Part shown: in pieces, positions 56,750 to 64,000 of the stretch
Numbering within the stretch: the first letter of the stretch is position 1
Layout: the number at the start of each line of letters is the position of its first letter
DNA from: Cyanidioschyzon merolae
Lineage: Eukaryota
Length of the DNA stretch: 64,000 nt
Direction: 5' to 3' (one strand)
NCBI GenBank assembly: GCA_000091205.1
Contig: AP006485.2
Notes under the pieces: generated by a model
Database searches by the model: none
Told to the model about the DNA's origin: nothing
Seen by the model: only the letters and a program-made list of their open reading frames with translations
Program-made: the position numbers and the translations under genes

Positions 56750-57526
56750 TGCTCTGGGGCAGTTCTTCAGCTTGCGATGGCCACTGACGACGAGCTCTGT
56801 ATTTACCAAACAAAAGATGCTTTGGCTGCTCGCCTGTCGAAAGAGATTCTCTCTTTAGTACAGGATTCAAGGGGTTTGCAAGCCTCCGAGAACGAACAAG
56901 TTTTTGTTGTCGCAGTGTCAGGTGGCTCAATGCCGAGCCTCCTCAGAACAGCCCTCAGTGATCAGCCGGAAGCGATGACTCGATTATCTCGTGCACTGTG
57001 GATCTTGGTAGATGAACGGGTCGTGCCCCGCGACCATCCAGACTCTAACTTCCGTGCGGTCCGGGACGCTCTAGAGGGACTAGTGTGTTCTGAACGGATT
57101 CTGGGCTTTCCGCCGGACTCAATCGCTCTTGACACGAGCTCCATTGCTGACGCGTATGCTGAGCTACTTCGCTCTAAGGGTATTAAGCCAGAGAACATTG
57201 ATTTGGTCCTTCTCGGAATGGGTGAGGACGGGCACACGGCCTCTCTCTTTCCCAACGACGAAGCAAACCTACGATCTGCACCCGAGGCAAAGTTCTACAT
57301 TGGAATCGACAACTCTCCCAAGCCGCCGCCCCGACGGATAACGCTGAGCATGACAGCTATCCAGGCAGCAAAGAGACGAATTTTTGTGGTGACAGGTAAG
57401 GGCAAAGCGAAAGCGCTGTCACATATTTTTCAGGAGGGTAACACAAAGCGTCTACCAGCTGGTCTCGTACAGAACGCGCTCTGGCTGGTAGACGCAGACG
57501 CCGCCAGTGAAATTTCATATCGTTAA
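56750..57526 (+). CDS. 6-phosphogluconolactonase; ORF is open from 56531 but the conserved start is 'MATDDELCIYQ' at 56750
   Basis: 'FVVAVSGGSMPSLL', 'WILVDERVVPRDHPDSNF', 'DLVLLGMGEDGHTASLFPN' and 'RRITLSMTAIQAAKRRIFVVTGKGKAKAL' are canonical 6PGL/DevB motifs. Confidence 0.85.
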   Translation, partial: CSGAVLQLAMATDDELCIYQTKDALAARLSKEILSLVQDSRGLQASENEQVFVVAVSGGSMPSLLRTALSDQPEAMTRLSRALWILVDERVVPRDHPDSNFRAVRDALEGLVCSERILGFPPDSIALDTSSIADAYAELLRSKGIKPENIDLVLLGMGEDGHTASLFPNDEANLRSAPEAKFYIGIDNSPKPPPRRITLSMTAIQAAKRRIFVVTGKGKAKALSHIFQEGNTKRLPAGLVQNALWLVDADAASEISYR

Positions 57527-58167
57527 TGCTGTGGAAGGCTTTTCTCTGCCAAAATGCTCGGTTTGGATATCGAGTGTATATACTTGAATCCAGCAGTGCT
57601 TGCGCATCCATGAAGAAGCAGTCCATTGGCCCGAGATGCATCACGTGCAAGTGATCGCTCCTGGGTCCGCATGTGCTTGATGCGGGTGCCGAGGAACGAC
57701 AGCGCTCACATACTTGATGAGCAACTGCCATGCTACGGAGAGGCAGACCATTCAAGGTCAGCCCGGCGCGCTGGGACTAATGCATTGGCAGCGCTAAATT
57801 CTTTTATGATATCACGGCAAATTATCATCTTTATCGGCACGAATGGGGCTATAAACATATGGTGCTCCACCGCGAGGCATTCTCTGTTTAAAAGCGTGAA
57901 ATGCTTAGAGTATGCTAGAGCTTCAGCGAGCATCGCTGGAGCAGCAATCGCTTCTGGTGCAATCGTAGGTCGCATCGTGGCCCGCAGCATACGATCTTCC
58001 GGCGAGTCAGGATACCGTTTCCAGAGAGCGACCAAACATCGTTTTTCGCTCCGAAATCCTCACATCCAGGATCGATCCAGGAAAATAAGCACAACCTTCC
58101 GGCAAGGAGCTCGTCTCGACCATCCCATACAGCGAGTTCTATGCCCCTTTTTATTGGAGAGAATTGT

Positions 58168-60195
58168 TCAGAAGAGCACCTTTTCGAGAGGACTCAAATC
58201 AAGTACTGATGCAAAGCGTGGCGCTGCCCAGTCGTAGAGTATTCTAGCGATTCGCTTAACACCGCCCTGTGTCTCACTTTCAACATTTAGCGGCAGCAGT
58301 GGATCATGCAGCGACTGACGCAGCAGCAACCAACCCGCTCTCCCGTTGCCTTCATCGACTGCCACGCGCCATCCTTCATAATTCTCTTTTTCCAAACGCC
58401 AATTTGGCGGGGCCTCTGCGCTTGTCACGAAATCATGAAAGGCCTCAACGATCATCTTACCTGTCTCCTTGTAATTTTCGGTCAGCAAGTTCAAGCGGAA
58501 TTCCTTCTCTTCCAACGGCTCCGCGAGACCATCGAGCAAACTGTCGATGCCACGGTGATCCCCCTGACGCTGCAGGTTGATAAGTTCAGACACAATCTTG
58601 ACTGCGAGGTACGCACCATCATCTAACATGTAGTTTTCGCGCATTGCTCCGTGCCCGGAGGTTTCGATTGCCAAGGGACAATCAACTCCTGACTGGTTCA
58701 GCTCGATACCCTTATCGATAATGTTCTTGTAGCCTTTGCGGTAGCGGAAGTGGTGCCCACCACGCTTTCTGATAAACTCAGCGAGGCCGTTGCTCGTCAC
58801 CGAGTCGGTGAGAATCGTCGCGCCAGGGTGCTCACGGAGAACAATGGCCGAAAGCACCGCAATCAATCGATTGCGGTTCATGGGCTTGCCGTCGCGATTG
58901 ACGAATCCACACCGATCCCCGTCGGTATCGAAGACAATACCCAGATCTGCTCCGGATTTCAAAACAGCCTCTGACGCCATCTTCATCGCCTGTTGATCCT
59001 CCGGATTCGGCACGTGATTTGGAAACGTTCCGTCTGGTTCAAGAAACTGACTTCCCTGGATGTCAGCTCCGAGTGGAGCAAGAACATCGGTCGCAAAAAA
59101 TCCAGCTGATCCGTTGCCCGCGTCAACGATAATATGCGCTCCGTCTAGCGGCTTCAATGGGTTCTTCGCATTTCGAATCCCCTTTTCGATGCAGCTTCGC
59201 AAGTATGCTGCATAGGCCGCCATCAGGTCGGCTTTCTTCGCCAGAGCGCCGCTGTGTTGTCGATTTTCAATGGAATATGCGTCTCGACTCTGCGAGTGCT
59301 CAAACGCGTTCTCGAGCAACATGCGAACCTCCCTCTTATCCGTGCCGCCGCGTTCTGTAAAGAATTTTAGGCCATTCCGATCTGGAGGGAGATGCGAGGC
59401 TGTAAGCATCAGTGCACCATCAAACTTGAACTCCTCTAACACAGTGGACATAAACATTGCCGGTGTTGTGGCGAGACCGACGTCGTAGACGTCGCAGCCC
59501 TCGCTGGCGAGCGCGAGTATCACCGCGTCGCGGAGCGCAGGACCAGAGAGCCTCGGATCGCGTCCGACAGCTACGCGAAACACACCGCCTCGTACTGCGT
59601 CGTGCTGCTCGCGTCGGTCAGTGGAAGCTTTCAACCAACGGGCAAAGGCGCCGGCGATCTCCGCAGCTCTTTCCGGTGTGAGTGTAACCAGCGTCCGAGA
59701 GCCCTCCGTGGCCAACGCAACGCCTCGCACATCACTCCCGTTTTGAAGCTCCAGATAGATCGCTTTCTCTTCGGTTTCGGTGTCTAGTGCACTGCGCAAT
59801 CCGAGCGGGCACTGACACGGAGAAGAGTCAGTGGGTACGTAGCGTTCCCGTGAAGTTCGCAGAAACGCAGTTCGAGCGCGCTGGCGAGGTTGTAGCAGGG
59901 CGGGCGCCCGTCCCTCGTAGGGCCGCGAATGCTTCCGACGTCCACCCTGGAACGATCCTGAGGTACGAGCGTGCAGATCAGTGAGCGCAATATTTTGGCA
60001 GAACATATGCTGTGCTTGCTGGAAAACTCTGACGAGCAAACAAGCCGAGGAGCTCTCTCGGGGCGAACCCAACGCTTCGGAAAGCCGAGCTCCGCGTCGT
60101 GAATCAGAAGCGCAGCATGTCCACTGCACATGCCGTTGCTGAGCGTATTCTGGTAGATGCAAACGCCTCGTCGGTCTCGTGAAAGGTTTACACAT
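58168..60195 (-). CDS. Alpha-D-phosphohexomutase (PGM/PMM, ManB-like) with ~145-aa N-terminal extension
   Basis: Active-site loop 'LMLTASHLPPDRNGLKF' (variant of TASHNPxxxNGxK). Metal-binding 'GIVFDTDGDRCGFV'. Sugar-binding 'GEQSGHG'-type 'ETSGHGAM'. Phosphate-binding region. The N-terminal R/S-rich segment precedes 'LQNGSDVRGVA'. Confidence 0.8.
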   Translation of the reverse strand: MCKPFTRPTRRLHLPEYAQQRHVQWTCCASDSRRGARLSEALGSPRESSSACLLVRVFQQAQHMFCQNIALTDLHARTSGSFQGGRRKHSRPYEGRAPALLQPRQRARTAFLRTSRERYVPTDSSPCQCPLGLRSALDTETEEKAIYLELQNGSDVRGVALATEGSRTLVTLTPERAAEIAGAFARWLKASTDRREQHDAVRGGVFRVAVGRDPRLSGPALRDAVILALASEGCDVYDVGLATTPAMFMSTVLEEFKFDGALMLTASHLPPDRNGLKFFTERGGTDKREVRMLLENAFEHSQSRDAYSIENRQHSGALAKKADLMAAYAAYLRSCIEKGIRNAKNPLKPLDGAHIIVDAGNGSAGFFATDVLAPLGADIQGSQFLEPDGTFPNHVPNPEDQQAMKMASEAVLKSGADLGIVFDTDGDRCGFVNRDGKPMNRNRLIAVLSAIVLREHPGATILTDSVTSNGLAEFIRKRGGHHFRYRKGYKNIIDKGIELNQSGVDCPLAIETSGHGAMRENYMLDDGAYLAVKIVSELINLQRQGDHRGIDSLLDGLAEPLEEKEFRLNLLTENYKETGKMIVEAFHDFVTSAEAPPNWRLEKENYEGWRVAVDEGNGRAGWLLLRQSLHDPLLPLNVESETQGGVKRIARILYDWAAPRFASVLDLSPLEKVLF

Positions 60196-60206
60196 GCTTC
60201 CTAGAA

Positions 60207-61316
60207 ATGCCCTTAAACTACTACTTCCGAGTAGAGATAGACGATAGTAGTGAGAGCAGCCAGGCTTCTCTTCAGGGTAGAGTCGAGCGTAAAGCTGCAG
60301 AGATCGAACAACGGCTGGAGAGCGTCTGGGGCTCCTGTTTCTGCGGAAGTTTCGAAGTAAGTTGTCACAAATACGCGCGTTCCGGCGAAATCTACCGGCA
60401 TCAGAGCGATATTAAGGACGTGCAACGCGAGTTGCCTGCTCTTGAGGCCTTTTACACTTTATCCGTACAACCGAGTGGTGTTTTCGCAGATCCCGTCATA
60501 GATGCCTTCGCCAGCGCTTCAGGCGCCTTGGACGGGGTTCGGCGGTCCTCGCTTGGAACAAAGCGGAACTATGCAGTTTCGCTAATCCCGACTTCTACCG
60601 AAACAGCAAAACGTGAGGGGCATAGCTTCGAACTTGCTGTTTTGGAGTGTGCGGAGAACTTCCCGGGATTCATGGAACAGTACACTGCTTCGCTTCCGCA
60701 GCGACCTCATGGCCCAGGAGACGCACAGAAAAATCTCTGGCAGATACGTATGACGAGGAGCGCCAGCATTTTCGAGTACCGCATAGAGGTAGAAAAGGAT
60801 GCTTTAGGCCCGCTCTTCTCAAGGGAGGGAAATCCGCCGTTCAGAGTTGGTCACTCGCGCCCTGAAGAAGCATGCCACCGTAGCACATGGGGCGCATCGT
60901 GTGATCATCTTCAGAGAAGCGACCTTTTCATTGCCATGATCCGCATGATATTAACTTACGAACGGCCGAGGGAGTCGGGTCGGGCATCCAGCCTTTTTAT
61001 TGAGCTGGAGATCCCGTCCCCGGAACAGGGAACCAGCTCCGGGGCTGGTCAGAAATGCGATGATATTTCGCCCGCTCCACGTCTTTGTGCCGATGGCTCT
61101 CTGGAACATCGATTCCTTAAGGCTTTCATAGATAGCATGTTACCCACACGCCTCGTCGAGTATCAGTCTACACTGCAGCTTTGTTCTCTTCGCAGAAAAT
61201 TCGCCCGCGTGCTGCTCGACTTCAAGATTGTCGATGGGAGTCATGAACTGCCCCCAGACGTGGGTCGTCCTACGCCTCTTCGCATCGCAATGTGCTGGCA
61301 GATGCTATTCAGCTAA
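60207..61316 (+). CDS. Hypothetical protein (369 aa)
   Basis: Long ORF with host-like composition and no recognisable motif. Confidence 0.25.
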   Translation: MPLNYYFRVEIDDSSESSQASLQGRVERKAAEIEQRLESVWGSCFCGSFEVSCHKYARSGEIYRHQSDIKDVQRELPALEAFYTLSVQPSGVFADPVIDAFASASGALDGVRRSSLGTKRNYAVSLIPTSTETAKREGHSFELAVLECAENFPGFMEQYTASLPQRPHGPGDAQKNLWQIRMTRSASIFEYRIEVEKDALGPLFSREGNPPFRVGHSRPEEACHRSTWGASCDHLQRSDLFIAMIRMILTYERPRESGRASSLFIELEIPSPEQGTSSGAGQKCDDISPAPRLCADGSLEHRFLKAFIDSMLPTRLVEYQSTLQLCSLRRKFARVLLDFKIVDGSHELPPDVGRPTPLRIAMCWQMLFS

Positions 61317-61429
61317 AAACTCGACGATGAACATTGACGATGGCATCGACGTGTCTCGATGCCTTTGCGGCAGCTAGTGGCACTCGAGATTGGCGTACTG
61401 GTCGCTTCCCATATCGAACATACACTCAC

Positions 61430-62640
61430 TATCAGTGAAACAAGAATCTTTTCACGACCATGGAGGGTAAATATATCTACCCACGCGCAGACGCCTCCCA
61501 GTGTTTTTTGACCGGCCTCCTGCTATAGGTTTGAGTTTCTCCTTGTACACTTCGAGCAGCAGAGGCTGGCCCACAAAGTTCGCTCTTGTCAACTCCGCGG
61601 GTCTCTTCTCCGGCACCAAACATTTCCTGATATTGATAGCAGCGTTGGAGTCCTGGTTCGCGAATTCCATGCGTTTATAGCCTCTGGTTGAACTCACCAA
61701 TGCAAGCTGTCCTCGAACTCGCGCCTTCAGAGCCATTTGGTGCTGCTTCAGCTCTCCGTACTTTTCTATCGCCGAAGCGCCCCGCTGGCTGCCCTCCAGC
61801 ACGACCGTCTGAAGTGTACACCCAAGCTCACCCCCTGGATTTTTTACTTTTGAACATGGAAGCGCATCTTCGAGGCCTAGGGTGGGGACCTTCCCGAAGC
61901 GAGAAGGTCTTGTGGAAGAAAGTCGACATGTGCCCCCAGGCTCACCGTGTACTGAATGTTTCAGCGATTCGCCCAGTGGAGTGATCATTACTTTTCAGAA
62001 TACAAAAGACTCCTTCTATGGGGATGAAACACAGAGTCTTCCGAGTAATGAAAAGCAGCTTTGCCCCGACAGAATTCGCATAAACTCGAACGCGTATGGG
62101 CTCGCGAAATGCCATGTCGTTCAATAGTAGAAAGTTGCCGGATGTAAGAGGAAAAGTCTTCAATGATTCGACAAATTGGGTGCTGTTGTATGAACCTTCT
62201 TTACGAGCGGAACTGAGGCCGCCGAAGGAATGCATTCCAGCTTGAACAGATGATGATACCCATGTTCTCTTCAAGCTCGATCGTGCATTCCACGGGCTGC
62301 CTGCTCTACGAATACCAATATACGCCTCGACTGTTTCATTCGAAGCAAGTCTCATCCACTAAAATAACAAACTGACGCTCCTCTGCTTTATTAGCCTCGC
62401 GAAGTACCAGGAACACCGTCGTTAAAATATCGGTGGAAGATGGCCCTGAATGGGATTGGACTTTTTTCGACTGTATCTAGTGATTGCATGACCGCAAGAA
62501 CATACTGTTCAGAAACAGAAACGCCCGTGGTGGCAACTACCTCGCTTTTGCTGCCTGCAATGTGATCAACGAGTCGCCTTCTAATACTCACCCGCAAGCG
62601 GTCTTTGAGAATCCCGGTTTTCGGCAATGAGCGCATCTAT
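61430..62640 (-). pseudogene. TnpB/Fanzor-like RuvC nuclease copy D (3' half is one 178-aa ORF with intact RuvC-III Asp; upstream frames are broken)
   Basis: ORF 61452-61988 '...LGCTLQTVVLEGSQRGASAIEKYGELKQHQMALKARVRGQLALVSSTRGYKRMEFANQDSNAAINIRKCLVPEKRPAELTRANF...KLKPIAGGRSKNTGRRLRVG'. Upstream ORFs 61942-62355 and 62391-62636 are in other frames. ~75% nt identity to copy C over the RuvC-III region. Confidence 0.6.
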
Positions 62641-63020
62641 TCGTTTCTTTCCGTGTTCCTCAACCACTTGCGTACCGTCGTACGACTGACCAGAATGCAT
62701 AATGTAGTTCTCGTTGCTCTTTTAGTAAAGAATATATCCTACAGGCGATGCGTCAGCGATCTATACAGTAAATTGCATTGTGATGTCGATCTCCTGCTAT
62801 ATACCACAGCAGGGATGGAACAAATCTGAGTAGAGAGTCTGTAAGCGAGCCTGTTGGCATACGAACACTATGTCGGATGCGCGAGGTATTCGCTTCCCTC
62901 AATGGTGAAACGGTTTTCGGTGCAAAGGCGTGTGTGCGCTGTAGCTCTTGCAACGGATGCGTCTATTGATTGCATGTGTGTTTACGTCACTGTCGTCGTA
63001 ACTGATTCATTGAACGCTGC

Positions 63021-64000
63021 CTAGTGCAGCGCAGAAATGGTTTCTTGGAATGGTTTCGTGAGCCGTTGACCAGCCTGGTCATAATTATGTATTTCTGATT
63101 CAAGCATTTTCATTTCAGACTCGTAATTGATCTTCTCCGCCCCGACAACCATGTGACGGAACGTCATCTCATCTTGGTAGGTATCGCTGCGGACGCGAAC
63201 ACGAAACAGAAACTCACCAAAATGTGCTTGTTCCAGGATTCTCTGGTACTCCTCAGAATCTGTTTCTTTGATTCTTTTCAGTTCCTCTGCGCTGTAGCCT
63301 CCGAAAATGATAGGACCTACTTCGTCGTAACAGTTAAGCCAGTGGCTTCCGGTAGCGTCCATTGCTTGAATGCTGAATATATAGCGGGGGGTAGGTTTCA
63401 CGAGCTTATCGCAGCGCTCACATCGATACATATCTGGAGACTCTTCAATAACTTTTTTCTTGCAGTCTGGACAGCTCAGATACCATGGTGGGCGTTCTTC
63501 ATCCTGTTTGATGTGGCTTATAGTAGCGCGAACCGTGTAGTATGACGCACCGGGTGCAGAGTGAGGATCCTCACCGATGTGCTCGCTCTGCACTTGGGCG
63601 AAGGTTTTGCGTTCACTGTTTCGGATACGACTCTCTGTTCGTGCTCCACCAAGCGGTGTGCCGCCAAGATCCTGAAACTCAGCGCCATGCCCTTCCGAAT
63701 CGAACCAGCCCCGCAGCTCGAAGGCCTCACGGATGTTAGGATTCACCTCGACGTGAGAGCTGGGTGTTGTACTGAGGCTGACGCCATTGAAATCACCGCG
63801 TTTTGCGGATTTGACGAGCAACACGGGACGGTCATCTTCATTGGAAAAGAGAGAACGAGCTCGCTCACCCCAAATCGTTAACGCAACACTGCATCCAGTA
63901 TCATCAATCAGTTTGACTTCCCGTTTTGCAACCGGCAGGCCTGTCGTCTTGGAGCTGATTTCTCCAACTTCACCGATGTCCAAAGCGATGCCAATGACAT
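63021..64000 (-). CDS. RPA1: Replication protein A large subunit (RPA70), C-terminal DBD-C portion; gene continues beyond the window end
   Basis: Zinc ribbon 'WYLSCPDCKKKVIEESPDMYRCERCDKLVKPTPRYIFSIQAMDATGSHWLNCYDEVGPIIFGGYSAEELKRI' followed by 'FRVRVRSDTYQDEMTFRHMVVGAEKINY' is the canonical RPA70 DBD-C. The upstream part matches DBD-B. Confidence 0.8.
   Translation of the reverse strand, partial: VIGIALDIGEVGEISSKTTGLPVAKREVKLIDDTGCSVALTIWGERARSLFSNEDDRPVLLVKSAKRGDFNGVSLSTTPSSHVEVNPNIREAFELRGWFDSEGHGAEFQDLGGTPLGGARTESRIRNSERKTFAQVQSEHIGEDPHSAPGASYYTVRATISHIKQDEERPPWYLSCPDCKKKVIEESPDMYRCERCDKLVKPTPRYIFSIQAMDATGSHWLNCYDEVGPIIFGGYSAEELKRIKETDSEEYQRILEQAHFGEFLFRVRVRSDTYQDEMTFRHMVVGAEKINYESEMKMLESEIHNYDQAGQRLTKPFQETISALH

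Overview
This 64-kb window reads as compact, GC-rich (~55%), nearly intron-free eukaryotic nuclear DNA with roughly one gene per 3 kb. Identifiable genes are housekeeping ones: Xaa-Pro aminopeptidase, eIF3k, APC2, AAMP-like WD40 protein, proteasome Rpt6, EME1-like protein, RPA70 (partial), 6-phosphogluconolactonase, an Oxa1/Alb3 insertase, a PHD/TFIIS-M protein, a TPR protein and an Smr-domain protein. Several bacterial-type genes carry N-terminal extensions and look organelle-targeted: Mfd/TRCF, TrpD and a PGM/PMM-family mutase. That combination suggests a plastid-bearing unicellular eukaryote, but this is inference only.

The most unusual content is a family of four diverged, decayed copies of a TnpB/Fanzor-like RuvC nuclease element, at about 9.2, 20.7, 27.3-29.5 and 61.4-62.6 kb. 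The most complete copy retains recognisable RuvC-I and RuvC-III motifs. Two copies share a conserved 3' terminus followed by unrelated flanks, which marks a candidate transposon end and omega-RNA scaffold/guide junction.

Other non-genic structure:
- A 135-bp unit tandemly repeated about five times (8.36-9.06 kb), with diverged dispersed copies at 31.0 kb and 33.6 kb; the latter overlaps the predicted 5' end of a gene.
- An intron-containing tRNA-Ser(AGA) at 31.33 kb.
- Two ~99.5%-identical 1.2-kb direct repeats bracketing a 7.6-kb block of three genes.
- Several trinucleotide microsatellites, some inside coding sequence.
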